64,000 bases of DNA from Saccharolobus islandicus REY15A (GTDB lineage Archaea > Thermoproteota > Thermoprotei_A > Sulfolobales > Sulfolobaceae): NCBI RefSeq assembly GCF_000189555.1, contig NC_017276.1. One strand, given 5' to 3'. Position 1 is the stretch's first letter. Every line of letters begins with the position of its first letter. Positions 9,892-20,484 of this stretch are shown here, piece by piece. The notes below the pieces were generated by a model. It ran no database searches. It was not told the origin of the DNA and saw only the letters and a program-made list of their open reading frames with translations. Both the position numbers and the translations under genes were made by a program.

Positions 9892-11892
9892 ATGTCAGTA
9901 ACGTGGGCTCTACCTTTTGATCAAAAGATAAACCCAAAACTGAATTCAAATAGGCTAGTAAGTATAAATACGTATAAAGAGATTCACAGCCAAACGGTAA
10001 AAGATTACAAACAATTTTGGGCATCTGTAGCCTCGGAAATTGACTGGTTCAAACCATGGGAGAAAACACTAGACGATAGTAATCCTCCATTCTATAAGTG
10101 GTTCGTAGGTGGAGAGCTTAACGCCTCTTATCTAACTGTAGATAGGCACGTTAAGAGCTGGAGGAAGAATAAGGTTGCCATAATATGGGAAGGAGAACCA
10201 GTGGACGAGAAGGGAAACCCAAAGGAGGTTAGGAAGTTAACATATTACGATCTATATAGGGAAGTTAATAGAGTAGCCTATCTCTTGAAGGAGAAATACG
10301 GGTTAAAGAAAGGTGATGCAATAGCGATTTACCTTCCAATGATACCGGAATTACCAATATTCATGTTAGCTGCTGCTAGGATCGGAGTAGTCTTTACGGT
10401 GGTGTTCTCAGGGTTTAGCGCTGACGCATTGGCAAATAGGATTAATGACGCCGAAGCCAAGTTACTAATTACCGCAGATGGAGGATGGAGAAGGGGTAAA
10501 GTTGTTGACTTAAAGGGAATTGTAGATAAGGCTTTGGAGAAGACCCCAACAATAAAGGATGTAATAGTAGTTAGAAGGATAGGTAATAAGGTCAACATGG
10601 TTGAAGGTAGGGATAAGTACTTTGATGAAGTAATCAAGGACATTCCACAAAATGTTTACGTTGAACCAGAAAGGATGAAATCTGAAGACCCGTTATATAT
10701 ACTCTATACCTCTGGAACCACTGGAAAACCTAAGGGTATAGTCCACGATATTGGAGGGTATATGACATTATTACACGCTACAATGAAGTGGGTATTCGAT
10801 ATAAGGGATGACGACATTTACTGGTGTACCGCAGATATAGGATGGGTTACTGGACACTCTTACATTGTGTTTGGACCATTAATGGAAGGAGCAACTGAAA
10901 TAATGTATGAAGGAGCCTTGGATTATCCACAACCGGATAGGTGGGTATCGATAATTGAAAGGTATGGGATCACAATCCTTTATACCTCACCCACTGCAAT
11001 TAGAAGCTTCATGAAATATGGTGATAATTGGGTTAAGGCTCACATTACCTCCACTGTTAGGCTAATGCATTCTGTAGGTGAACCAATAAATCCGGAAGCT
11101 TGGGAGTGGCTATGGAAATTAGTCGGTAGAGAGGAGGTACCATTTGGAAGCACTTGGTGGATGACTGAGACTGGAGGTATTCTAATATCTCATTTACCAG
11201 GATTGTATCTTGTGCCAATGAAACCTGGGACAAATGGCCCACCAATATTGGGAATTGAGCCAGATGTAATTAATGAAGATGGGAAACAAGTTAACCTTGA
11301 GGAAAGAGGATATCTTGTTATAAAGAATCCGTGGCCTGGAATGCCATTAACAATTTACAAGGATCCTGAAAGATACGTGAAGGTGTATTGGAGTAGATTC
11401 CCTGGAATGTTCTATGTTGGTGATTACGCTGTTAAGGACAAGGATGGATACTTCTGGATATTAGGGAGGGCTGATGAAGTTATCAAGGTAGCTGGGCATA
11501 GGTTAGGTACATATGAGTTAGAATCAGCTTTAATTGAACATCCTGCAGTTGCGGAAGCAGCGGTAATTGGAGTCCCAGACCCAGTTAAGGGAGAGGTGCC
11601 TTATGCGTTTGTAATTTTGAGGCAAGGTTATACACCTAATACGCAGCTTTCACAAGAGATACTGAAGACGGTAAGAGATAAGGTGGGACCTATAGCTACT
11701 ATAGATAAGATACTCTTCGTGGGTAAGTTGCCTAAAACGAGAAGTGGAAAGATAATGAGAAGAGTTGTAAGGGCTGTTGCAACTAGGGCAGAAGTGGGAG
11801 ATATAACTACACTGGAGGATGAGGCTTCTGTAGAGGAGATTAAAAAAGCTTTAGAGGAGTTTAAGGCAGAGTTTGAAAAGATTAACAAATAA
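9892..11892 (+). CDS. acs: Acetyl-CoA synthetase (AMP-forming)
   Basis: YTSGTTGKPKG, WCTADIGWVTGHSY, VGEPINP, TWWMTETG, LPKTRSGKIMRR. Confidence 0.95.
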   Translation: MSVTWALPFDQKINPKLNSNRLVSINTYKEIHSQTVKDYKQFWASVASEIDWFKPWEKTLDDSNPPFYKWFVGGELNASYLTVDRHVKSWRKNKVAIIWEGEPVDEKGNPKEVRKLTYYDLYREVNRVAYLLKEKYGLKKGDAIAIYLPMIPELPIFMLAAARIGVVFTVVFSGFSADALANRINDAEAKLLITADGGWRRGKVVDLKGIVDKALEKTPTIKDVIVVRRIGNKVNMVEGRDKYFDEVIKDIPQNVYVEPERMKSEDPLYILYTSGTTGKPKGIVHDIGGYMTLLHATMKWVFDIRDDDIYWCTADIGWVTGHSYIVFGPLMEGATEIMYEGALDYPQPDRWVSIIERYGITILYTSPTAIRSFMKYGDNWVKAHITSTVRLMHSVGEPINPEAWEWLWKLVGREEVPFGSTWWMTETGGILISHLPGLYLVPMKPGTNGPPILGIEPDVINEDGKQVNLEERGYLVIKNPWPGMPLTIYKDPERYVKVYWSRFPGMFYVGDYAVKDKDGYFWILGRADEVIKVAGHRLGTYELESALIEHPAVAEAAVIGVPDPVKGEVPYAFVILRQGYTPNTQLSQEILKTVRDKVGPIATIDKILFVGKLPKTRSGKIMRRVVRAVATRAEVGDITTLEDEASVEEIKKALEEFKAEFEKINK

Positions 11893-11966
11893 GATACAAG
11901 AAATTAATATTTTTTTATAATTCTATATAGGTAGATTTTTAAGAATGCTTATACATTATTATATCA

Positions 11967-12410
11967 ATGGATTCTCAAAACTATGACATTGAAAAAATTT
12001 TACAGAGATATGATAGCGATTATGTATTTCATTATTTAGGTGTGAAAATTTTAGAGATAAAGGAGGGATATGCTAAAACACAAATACCGTTCAAGAAGGA
12101 GCTGACAAGAAGGGGAAATATTCTAAATGGTGGAATGATAGTTGCGTCCATAGACTACACAGGTGGATTGGCAGTTCTATCAATAAACGATGGAATGGAT
12201 CAAGTAACACAAGAACTAAAGGTAAATTTCCTAGAGCCAATGTATAGGGGGCCGTTTACTGTTGAAGCAAATGTAATAAGAAAAGGTAGAACTGCAGTTG
12301 CAGTGGAGATTACTTTTAAAGACGTTGAGGGAAGTCTTGGGGCGATTGGATTGGGAACGTGGTACATAATAAGGGATAAGAAAATTAACATGAATGTTCA
12401 ACCTCAATAA
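11967..12410 (+). CDS. PaaI family hot-dog thioesterase
   Basis: [14 protein letters not shown] motif, [11 protein letters not shown]. Confidence 0.85.
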   Translation: MDSQNYDIEKILQRYDSDYVFHYLGVKILEIKEGYAKTQIPFKKELTRRGNILNGGMIVASIDYTGGLAVLSINDGMDQVTQELKVNFLEPMYRGPFTVEANVIRKGRTAVAVEITFKDVEGSLGAIGLGTWYIIRDKKINMNVQPQ

Positions 12411-12459
12411 TTTGCACAAATAATAAAACTTTATAAGGTTTAGATACAAAATAACTTTA

Positions 12460-13860
12460 ATGGAATTACCGTCAGTTTTAGCTCCCTTTAAGAGAGATCC
12501 AACGTTTTATCCATCTCCAAAGATGGCCATGAAATCACCTCCAGAGGACTTAGCTTATGTTGCTTGCTTATACACCGGAACTGGAATAAATAGGCCAGAT
12601 TTCATAGCAGTAGTTGATGTAAAGCCTGAATCGGAAACTTATTCTAAGGTAATCCATAAGGTTGAATTATCATATGTCAATGATGAGCTGCACCATTTTG
12701 GTTGGAATGCTTGTAGTTCCGCCTTATGCCCTAATGGAAGACCAAATTTTGAGAGAAGATTCTTAGTTGTACCCGGTTTACGTTCCTCAAGGATTTATAT
12801 AGTAGATACAAAATTAAACCCTAGACAGCCTAATATAGTTAAAACTATAGAACCAGAGGAGGTTAAGAAAGTAACGGGCTACAGTAGGCTACATACAGTA
12901 CATTGTGGGCCAGATGGTATCTACATAAGTGCTTTTGGCAATGAAAACGGTGAGGGTCCGGGGGGAATTTTAATGTTAGACCATTACAGTTTTGAACCTT
13001 TAGGCAAGTGGGAGATAGATAGGAGTGACCAATATTTGGCTTACGATTTCTGGTGGAATTTACCAAATGAAGTAATGGTAACTAGTGAGTGGGCAGTGCC
13101 AAACACTATTGAGAACGGGCTTCGATTGGAACATCTTAAAGATAGGTATGGAAATAGGATACACTTCTGGGACTTGAGGAGAAGAAAGAAGGTATCAAGC
13201 GTAACCCTTGGTGAAGAGAATAGGATGGCGTTAGAGCTTAGACCCCTACATGACCCAACTAAACTCATGGGATTCATAAATATGGTAGTAAGCCTAAAGG
13301 ATCTGAGCAGTTCAATCTGGTTATGGTACTACGAAGATGGCAAGTGGAATGCGGAAAAGGTTATTGAAATCCCTGCGGAACCTACTGAGGGAGGACTGCC
13401 TGAGATATTGAAACCATTTAAGGCTGTACCACCATTAGTTACTGATATAGACTTAAGCCTTGATGATAAGTTCCTTTACGTTAGCTTATGGGGTATAGGA
13501 GAGATTAGGCAGTACGACGTGAGTAATCCATTTAAACCAGTACTTACTGGAAAGGTAAAATTGGGAGGTATATTTCATAGGGCTGACCATCCCTCAGATC
13601 ATAAACTTACTGGAGCTCCTCAGATGATTGAAATCAGTAGGGACGGAAAAAGAGTTTACGTTACCAATTCCCTATATAGTACTTGGGATAATCAATTCTA
13701 TCCAGAGGGCTTAAAGGGATGGATGGTTAAACTAAATGCTAATCCAGATGGAGGTTTAGATGTGGATAAGGAGTTCTTCGTGGATTTTGGAGAGGCTAGA
13801 TCACATCAAGTTAGGTTAAGGGGAGGAGATGCTTCCTCTGACTCTTATTGCTATCCTTAG
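12460..13860 (+). CDS. Selenium-binding protein 56 / methanethiol oxidase family beta-propeller
   Basis: FYPSP, DELHHFGWNACSS, LHTVHC, YDFWW, GAPQMIEISRDGKRVYVTNSLYSTWDNQFYP. Confidence 0.93.
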   Translation: MELPSVLAPFKRDPTFYPSPKMAMKSPPEDLAYVACLYTGTGINRPDFIAVVDVKPESETYSKVIHKVELSYVNDELHHFGWNACSSALCPNGRPNFERRFLVVPGLRSSRIYIVDTKLNPRQPNIVKTIEPEEVKKVTGYSRLHTVHCGPDGIYISAFGNENGEGPGGILMLDHYSFEPLGKWEIDRSDQYLAYDFWWNLPNEVMVTSEWAVPNTIENGLRLEHLKDRYGNRIHFWDLRRRKKVSSVTLGEENRMALELRPLHDPTKLMGFINMVVSLKDLSSSIWLWYYEDGKWNAEKVIEIPAEPTEGGLPEILKPFKAVPPLVTDIDLSLDDKFLYVSLWGIGEIRQYDVSNPFKPVLTGKVKLGGIFHRADHPSDHKLTGAPQMIEISRDGKRVYVTNSLYSTWDNQFYPEGLKGWMVKLNANPDGGLDVDKEFFVDFGEARSHQVRLRGGDASSDSYCYP

Positions 13861-14386
13861 CCTAGGGATAGTAGAGGGGCTAGATCCCTATAAGGGATTA
13901 CTTTTTTCTTATTATTTTCACTCATTTAGAAAGGTGAATGAATCATACATAGTCCCTATCATATCGAGTATTACATACTATATGATTGGTATTATGATAG
14001 CAGTATTGCTTAACATTAGCGATAATATATTAACTAGAGGAATAATGTTTTCTCTTTTATTGGTACACGTGATAATAAAACTCGTAATAGCTAAAGTTCT
14101 CCACTATCCAGGCAATATGAAACCTAAAATATTAAACGTTATCCAATGGTCAACCTTGAATTCAATAATTCAGATGAATTTTATAATACTTCTCACCCTC
14201 TCAATTCTCTCGAAACTAAGTCTTATCCTTTTACCTATTATAGTGGTAATTGTAAGGGAAACTACGTACTGTTTATCTGTGAAAAATAATAAAATTCTCT
14301 TTAAACTGACTGAATATAATTTTGATTATTTCTACTTAATGACGGTATTATTACTAGCTATTGTCATCATTCTACCTCTATTATGA
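13829..14386 (+). CDS. Hypothetical multi-pass membrane protein coupled to SBP56
   Basis: Overlaps the SBP56 3' end by 32 nt; 5-6 TM helices; N-terminal LGIVEGLDPYKG motif. Confidence 0.65.
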   Translation: MLPLTLIAILSLGIVEGLDPYKGLLFSYYFHSFRKVNESYIVPIISSITYYMIGIMIAVLLNISDNILTRGIMFSLLLVHVIIKLVIAKVLHYPGNMKPKILNVIQWSTLNSIIQMNFIILLTLSILSKLSLILLPIIVVIVRETTYCLSVKNNKILFKLTEYNFDYFYLMTVLLLAIVIILPLL

Positions 14387-14552
14387 TGTTTTCATGATCC
14401 TTAAATAACTCATGTAAAGAAATCCAAATCTTAGCTCTATCACAGTATCTATTGCTTTTCACCCTTATTTTCGTAAATTTTTTGTTCCTGCTAATTTGTA
14501 TTTCTGCATTGGGGTCAAATTTCCTTACAGTCTCCCTCACCTTATCCAACAT
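14367..14552 (-). CDS. Small hypothetical protein (61 aa)
   Basis: Fills the gap between genes, has a TATA-like element upstream and a normal composition; no family recognised. Confidence 0.55.
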   Translation of the reverse strand: MLDKVRETVRKFDPNAEIQISRNKKFTKIRVKSNRYCDRAKIWISLHELFKDHENIIIEVE

Positions 14553-14585
14553 AGATATATAATAGTCTAGGTAAATTTTAAGATT

Positions 14586-15002
14586 ATGATTAATAGAAGA
14601 GGATTAACAATTATGACTGTTTTCTCGTTTATTTACGCTATCCTCGAACTAGGAATACAATGGGATCCTTCCAAGGTTTTAAGTTCGCCAGCGTGGATAA
14701 AAAGTGTATTCACTCCAGCAGTATCACTTTATTTCTACAGAGTAATTTATATTTCAATTTTTGGCTTTCCTTCATATCTTGCATCGCGTAAACTATTACC
14801 CGCTGAGACAGTATGGTACTTAATTTAGGGATCAATAGTTGAGGATATTATGTATTGGATAGTTGATCTTAAGCTACCGTTTTCATGGGCCTGGTTTTAT
14901 CCAGTGTATTTTGATATACCGATAGATGACTTGATAGGAGTGGTGATTTTAGCGGCAATGTACAAATTGATTAAGCAAAAATCTAAAGCTGGAATGAATT
15001 GA
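14586..15002 (+). pseudogene. Membrane protein gene interrupted by an in-frame TAG at 14826-14828
   Basis: The same frame continues after TAG as GSIVEDIMYWIVDLKLPFSWAWFYPVYFDIPIDDLIGVVILAAMYKLIKQKSKAGMN to TGA at 15000-15002. Confidence 0.7.
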
Positions 15003-15004
15003 TA

Positions 15005-16129
15005 TTAAATTTTTATCCTTTTTATTTGATACAAATAAATAGTTGCGGAAACAAGACCGAATGAAGCCATTATTCCCCATAAAATGACGGGAGTATATAA
15101 ATAATAGTTCATAAGCTCACTTACTAACGATGATCCCGATACCCTGCCGATTCCAGTAACCATACTATATAATCCAATTTGTCTCCCCCTAGAACTCTGA
15201 TTTGTTAAAGAATTGGCAATGGCTTGTGATAGTGGTGTCACTATCATTTCAGCAATTGTTATAATCACAATGTCAATAGATGCCACTAGAAAGTTAGTGA
15301 TGAATGCAACTCCGAAATATCCAGAGGCGTAAATTAACGTCCCAATCACGATTAACCACAACCTCTTACTTATAAGTCTCCCAACCAGATCTTGTAACGC
15401 TACTATCATAATTCCATTTATGGCAAATAATATACTGACTTGAAATTCTGTGAAATGAAGTTGGGCATTATAATACGTTAGTAAACCGAATCCCAACTGA
15501 CCAACCAACACGAAAGTAAGGAAGGTAGAAATTAGGAAGAGAATAAATTGGTTGTTAACATTAAAATTTAAAATATTTCCCCCACCCTTAAATTCCGGTA
15601 ATAATCTTACTAGAGGTATTGGGATGATCGCAATCAGACTTGATACCAGTAATAGCGTCTTAAATCCATAGAATGTGAAAATATATCCACCAATTAAGGG
15701 CCCTAAAGCCCATCCCGCATTAATTCCAACCCTTTGCCTACTAAACGCCTTAACTAAATCAGCCCTTTTGTAGATATCCCCTACTATTGCAGTAGAAGAT
15801 ATATTGTATATAGTATTAAAGAATGTTTGTAATAAAATCAGTCCTGCTATAGGTATAGGCAGATTTACTAGATACGCCGTAAATAGAGCCAATGAGGAAA
15901 CAATCATGGAAAGAACCATTGCATTTCTCCTCCCAATATAGTCAACTACTATTCCTCCACTAATTGACGCAATAACATTTAAAAACGCTTGGATTAAGTA
16001 AAATATCGAAACAGTATCTAGCGAGAATCCATAAAGTTTATATAATGCAAATCCGATAAACGGCCAAATTATGGAACCACTAAAAGACCTTACTCCTCCT
16101 ATAATTGCTATTCTATTTATCTCTTTCAT
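15005..16129 (-). CDS. MFS transporter
   Basis: GGIVVDYIGRR motif A; about 12 TM. Confidence 0.85.
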   Translation of the reverse strand: MKEINRIAIIGGVRSFSGSIIWPFIGFALYKLYGFSLDTVSIFYLIQAFLNVIASISGGIVVDYIGRRNAMVLSMIVSSLALFTAYLVNLPIPIAGLILLQTFFNTIYNISSTAIVGDIYKRADLVKAFSRQRVGINAGWALGPLIGGYIFTFYGFKTLLLVSSLIAIIPIPLVRLLPEFKGGGNILNFNVNNQFILFLISTFLTFVLVGQLGFGLLTYYNAQLHFTEFQVSILFAINGIMIVALQDLVGRLISKRLWLIVIGTLIYASGYFGVAFITNFLVASIDIVIITIAEMIVTPLSQAIANSLTNQSSRGRQIGLYSMVTGIGRVSGSSLVSELMNYYLYTPVILWGIMASFGLVSATIYLYQIKRIKI

Positions 16130-16244
16130 ATCTCACTTTACTTTATGCGAGGTATAAAATGTTGAGCATTATATACTGTTTAAATAACTTAAATTCTTTT
16201 CTAAGCAGTTAATTTTTAAAACAACAGTTTAAAGAAGAGCTCAA

Positions 16245-17588
16245 ATGGAGCCAGAAAAGTTCACGTGGGATTCAGGTAAGGCAATAATATCCCAATTTAT
16301 AGGATTCCTTCTAGATTCCTATGATTTGACAATGATTTTAAGCATAGCTCCAGTGTTAGCTAAGGTAATTCTACCACCTGCAAGCCCACTAATTGCGACA
16401 TTTAATATCATTCTTTCCTACTCCCTAACAATAATATTCAGACCCTTAGGTTCAGCAATATTTGGAAATTTAGGAGATAAGATAGGTAGGAGAGCTGACT
16501 TAATAATTACGGTTTTGGGTTTAGGAATTACTAGTGCACTTACTTCGGCATTGCCAACTTATGCCCAAGCTGGAATTCTCTCATTCGCTCTATTCGCTTT
16601 AATAAGAGTTGCGGTAGGCATTTTTGCTGGTGGAGAATACTCAGCTGGTCATCCATTTGCTATGGAATGGACACCATATAAATGGAGAGGGTTTGTTAGT
16701 GGATTAGTTCAAGGTGGTTTCTCATTTGGTGCAGCCTTGGCTGCTGTGGTAGAGGGCATCTTCATAGGAATTTATGGTGTATCTGGTGTTGTGGAGTTTG
16801 CGTGGAGATATGTGTTTTTAACTGCTGTAATACCAGCTTTCATAGCCTTAGCAGTAAGACTCGCTATGAAAGAAACACCAGTTTTTGAAGATGTCAAAAA
16901 GAAGAACCTAGTCAGAAGGACACCATTAGTAGATTTGTTTAAACCACCTTATAGAAGAGATTTCTTTCAAGTCATGGCATATATGACGGGGATGTTCTTC
17001 TTCGCTTATTCTCTATTTGCATTTGTACCTACTATTTTAGAACATAGTCCATCAATATTTAGCCTTGGAGAGGCAAACTACATATATAGCATCGGTACTT
17101 ACGCTGCATTCGCTGGTGCAGTAATGTTCGGTACCTTATCCCAGTATGTTGGAAGAAGAAGGTTAACAATAATATGGAGTATAATCACCTTTATCATTGC
17201 AATACCAATTTATTATGGGCTTATTACTGCAGCAATTGCGGGTAACGCTATAACTGCTATGTTATTTTCAATTATCATCGGTATAATAACACAAGGACCT
17301 TGGGGAATAATACCCATCTACTTATCTGAAAGATTTAAAGCATCAATGAGGGCTTCTGGAGTGGGTTTCGGCTATTCCTCTGGAATTTTCATAGGTGGTT
17401 GGTTCAGTATATATGTGCCTCTAATGCATAACTACTTGTTTAAGTCATTAGATACACCGAATAACATATGGTTCTCTACGGCAGTATTATTGATGATTGG
17501 AGCTTTAATAGTTGGTATTGCACAATACTTCGGACCAGAAACACTAGGAACTAAATTGGCTGAAGAACCACAAAAAACCATAGAATAA
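16245..17588 (+). CDS. MFS transporter, metabolite:H+ symporter-like
   Basis: [34 protein letters not shown]..., [12 protein letters not shown]. Confidence 0.88.
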   Translation: MEPEKFTWDSGKAIISQFIGFLLDSYDLTMILSIAPVLAKVILPPASPLIATFNIILSYSLTIIFRPLGSAIFGNLGDKIGRRADLIITVLGLGITSALTSALPTYAQAGILSFALFALIRVAVGIFAGGEYSAGHPFAMEWTPYKWRGFVSGLVQGGFSFGAALAAVVEGIFIGIYGVSGVVEFAWRYVFLTAVIPAFIALAVRLAMKETPVFEDVKKKNLVRRTPLVDLFKPPYRRDFFQVMAYMTGMFFFAYSLFAFVPTILEHSPSIFSLGEANYIYSIGTYAAFAGAVMFGTLSQYVGRRRLTIIWSIITFIIAIPIYYGLITAAIAGNAITAMLFSIIIGIITQGPWGIIPIYLSERFKASMRASGVGFGYSSGIFIGGWFSIYVPLMHNYLFKSLDTPNNIWFSTAVLLMIGALIVGIAQYFGPETLGTKLAEEPQKTIE

Positions 17589-18680
17589 AATGGAAAAGTA
17601 CAGCTTTTTAAAAAGGATTTTAATTTTTTCAAAAACTTTTATTTTATCTTTTTTTACATACACTAATACCTCCTCACCAGAATGTATTGGATGATCAGAA
17701 TACGTGAATATTTCATCATCCGAATTTAACGGAGTTATAGTTATCCTAAATAAACCTCCCTGATAACCTATAACTTTGACCCTCCCCTTTCCCACTAAAG
17801 TCCAAGCGTCATCCCTAATGACATCTTTCGATAACTTCACATCTTCTGGTCTAATACCAATTAGCACTTTATCATTAGAGATACTAACTGGAAATCTGAA
17901 ACTGCCTATAACTACTCCCTCATTAGTCACCTTTCCCTCCAGTTCATTAATTTCACCTATGAGACTAGCAACTTGAATTGATACTGGATTATCATATACC
18001 TCTTCAGGCTTACCCACTTGAACCAATTTGCCTTTAACCAATACCCCTACCCTATCAGCAATGGCGAAAATATCAGCGGGATCATGACTGACGATAAGTA
18101 AGGTTACTCCTAATCTACTTTGGACTTCTTTAACTAAAGCTCTAGCACTATCTCTCATCCTGGCATCTAAATTGCTAAATGGTTCATCAAGCAAAAGCAA
18201 AGATGGATCTTTAACTAAAGCTCTAGCTAATGCAACTCTTTGTTGTTGTCCTCCAGACAATTCCCTAGGAAGGTGATTTAAAACGTGATGAATATCCAAA
18301 ATCTTGGCTACTTCCTCAACCCTTTTCCTTATCTCCTCCTTACTCATCTTCATATTAGTTAAAGGAAACGCAATATTCTCAAACGCCGTTAAATTAGGAT
18401 ATAGAGCCCAAGTTTGAAATACCATCCCGATTTTCCTGTCTTCTGGAGGTACTAGTAGTTTGCCATTTGAAGCAACTAATTTGTCATCGAAGTACAGTTC
18501 CCCGGTAGAAGGTACATCTAAGCCTGCAATTATTCTCATGAAGGTTGTCTTACCAGCTCCGCTCGGTCCCAATATTCCAAATCTCTCTCCATTTTCAATT
18601 GTTATATTAACGTTATCCAATGCTATTACTTTGCCTTTCTTAAAAACTTTAGAGATGTTTTTTACAATAATCTTAACCAT
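17544..18680 (-). CDS. glcV: Glucose ABC transporter ATPase GlcV (stop lost; 25-aa C-terminal extension)
   Basis: [28 protein letters not shown]-terminus. As recalled, it matches the 353-aa S. solfataricus GlcV up to KVFEK, then reads through. Confidence 0.92.
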   Translation of the reverse strand: MVKIIVKNISKVFKKGKVIALDNVNITIENGERFGILGPSGAGKTTFMRIIAGLDVPSTGELYFDDKLVASNGKLLVPPEDRKIGMVFQTWALYPNLTAFENIAFPLTNMKMSKEEIRKRVEEVAKILDIHHVLNHLPRELSGGQQQRVALARALVKDPSLLLLDEPFSNLDARMRDSARALVKEVQSRLGVTLLIVSHDPADIFAIADRVGVLVKGKLVQVGKPEEVYDNPVSIQVASLIGEINELEGKVTNEGVVIGSFRFPVSISNDKVLIGIRPEDVKLSKDVIRDDAWTLVGKGRVKVIGYQGGLFRITITPLNSDDEIFTYSDHPIHSGEEVLVYVKKDKIKVFEKIKILFKKLYFSILFYGFLWFFSQFSS

Positions 18681-18683
18681 CTT

Positions 18684-19547
18684 TTACACCCCTTTACCTC
18701 CTCCACCTAATGCCATTAGTCCTCTTATAAAGTATCTTCCAAGAAAAACAAATATTGCAAGTGGTATTATACTTGCAAGCATTCCAGCCGCGAATGTATC
18801 ATTATATAAAGTACCATAAGCACCACTATATGATAATACAGCTATTGACGTTAGTTTCATTCCTGGAGTTGTTACTAACACTAACGGGATAAAGAAGTTA
18901 TTCCATGTCTGTATTATAATAAATATTAACGTTGAAATGAAGCCCGGCATAGAAAGTGGAAACACTATCTTCAAGAATATCTTTAAATCTCCAGTCCCAT
19001 CCATCTTTGCCGCCTCAATTAAACTCCTCGGAATCACTGTGATAAACATTGACATTAATAAAGCTCCAGTAGGTATATAAAATATCAATAACGCAAATAT
19101 TATACCTATGTAAGTATCTAAAAATCCCATGCTTACCATTAGCCTAGTCAACGGTAATAGTGTAGCTTCTTGGGGAATAAATGTAGCTAGTGATATTAGA
19201 GAGAATAAAACGTCACTTATGGCTGAAGAAGCTCTACTAAACGAGTAAGATAATGTATAGAAGAAATATGCACCCATGGCACCTAAGAATGCTGAAATGA
19301 ACGAAGTAGGAATAACAATTATTAGACTATTGATTAGAGGTTTAGCTAGTGATAAAAGGACTGAGGCGTAAGCTTCGAACGTAATTTTGGTAGGTGGTAC
19401 TAAAACTGGAGTAGATAGAACTTCAAAATTACTCTTAAACCCATTTATGAGCATTGCATAAACTGGTATAAGCCATATAACACTGATAATTGCTAATGCT
19501 AGATAATGTAAACTTGCCTTTATTACTGGCCTCATCTTCTTATCCAC
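18684..19547 (-). CDS. glcU: Glucose ABC transporter permease GlcU (probable start ATG 19535, overlapping the glcT stop)
   Basis: EAAKMDG EAA loop, WNNFF.PL; directly upstream of glcV. Confidence 0.88.
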   Translation of the reverse strand: MDKKMRPVIKASLHYLALAIISVIWLIPVYAMLINGFKSNFEVLSTPVLVPPTKITFEAYASVLLSLAKPLINSLIIVIPTSFISAFLGAMGAYFFYTLSYSFSRASSAISDVLFSLISLATFIPQEATLLPLTRLMVSMGFLDTYIGIIFALLIFYIPTGALLMSMFITVIPRSLIEAAKMDGTGDLKIFLKIVFPLSMPGFISTLIFIIIQTWNNFFIPLVLVTTPGMKLTSIAVLSYSGAYGTLYNDTFAAGMLASIIPLAIFVFLGRYFIRGLMALGGGGKGV

Positions 19548-19663
19548 CTCCTAATTACAGTCAAGGCATACGGAATAATAATTATCGTAGCAACTAATGT
19601 TATTATCGTAGCAACCGCTGTAGCTTGAGAGAAATACTCCACGGTGAAAAGGTAATACATATA
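19532..19663 (-). pseudogene. glcT: 3'-terminal fragment of the glucose ABC permease GlcT
   Basis: Translates YMYYLFTVEYFSQATAVATIITLVATIIIIPYALTVIRRWIRR*, a typical last helix of a sugar permease, ending in ATGA overlap with glcU. Upstream sequence belongs to a different gene. Confidence 0.8.
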
Positions 19664-20484
19664 ATTTCGCTCACGGTATCTTTCTGTTATTTGGCTCTTA
19701 TATTACCTTTACCATAGCTGAGGTCTTAAAACAGACTCCATATTTCTCATTACCTATTGCATTCTTATTAGGTGGGGCAATAGCGTTAATCCAATACTAT
19801 GGAGTATTGTTACCCCTAAGTATGAGAGGAGGTGGTTTAGTGTCACAAATGGTTGCTACTCTAGCCTTTTCCATATTACTATATGGAGGGCTAAACGCAT
19901 ATGCAAGCTATCTTGGCTATGTATACAATGTGCAATCTAGGGATGTAACCTTGGGATTCTTAGACTATGAATTAGGGGGAGGAATTAGAGCTGTTTTCCT
20001 AGTTTCCATCATTTTAGCGATAGCGTTTATACTCTCGCTTTACCTCTTTTTGAATAAGACTAGACTAGGCATATCCATTAGGGCTACAGTTGAAAACTCG
20101 TCATTGGCTGAAAGCATGGGTATAAATACGAAACTAGTTAAGGCAATTTCTTGGTTTTTGGCTGGAGGTATAGCAAGTGCTGCCGGCTCCTTATATCCTT
20201 TACAATTCGTATTTTCACCCACACTTGCATATTCAATATTACTAAGCATATTCGCAGCAAGTGTACTAGGAGGTTTAATGAGCCTATTTGGCGGGTTTAT
20301 AGGCGGGTTTATAGAGGGATTCATTGAGAAATACATAATGGCTGAATTATCGATCTATTTATCCCCAGTAATAGGAGTGAGTCCTTTCGTTATCAACCAA
20401 TACTCAACGTTAGTACCACTCATAGTAGTTGCAGCAGTTCTCTTAATAGCGCCAAATGGGATTATGGGAATAAGGGTGAAATGA
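19657..20484 (+). pseudogene. livH: 5'-truncated branched-chain amino acid ABC permease (LivH-like)
   Basis: The frame extends upstream of the ATG at 19807 to TYNFAHGIFLLFGSY (the LivH NFAHG motif normally about 30-40 aa in). No start codon; an in-frame TGA lies in glcT-derived DNA just upstream. Confidence 0.8.
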
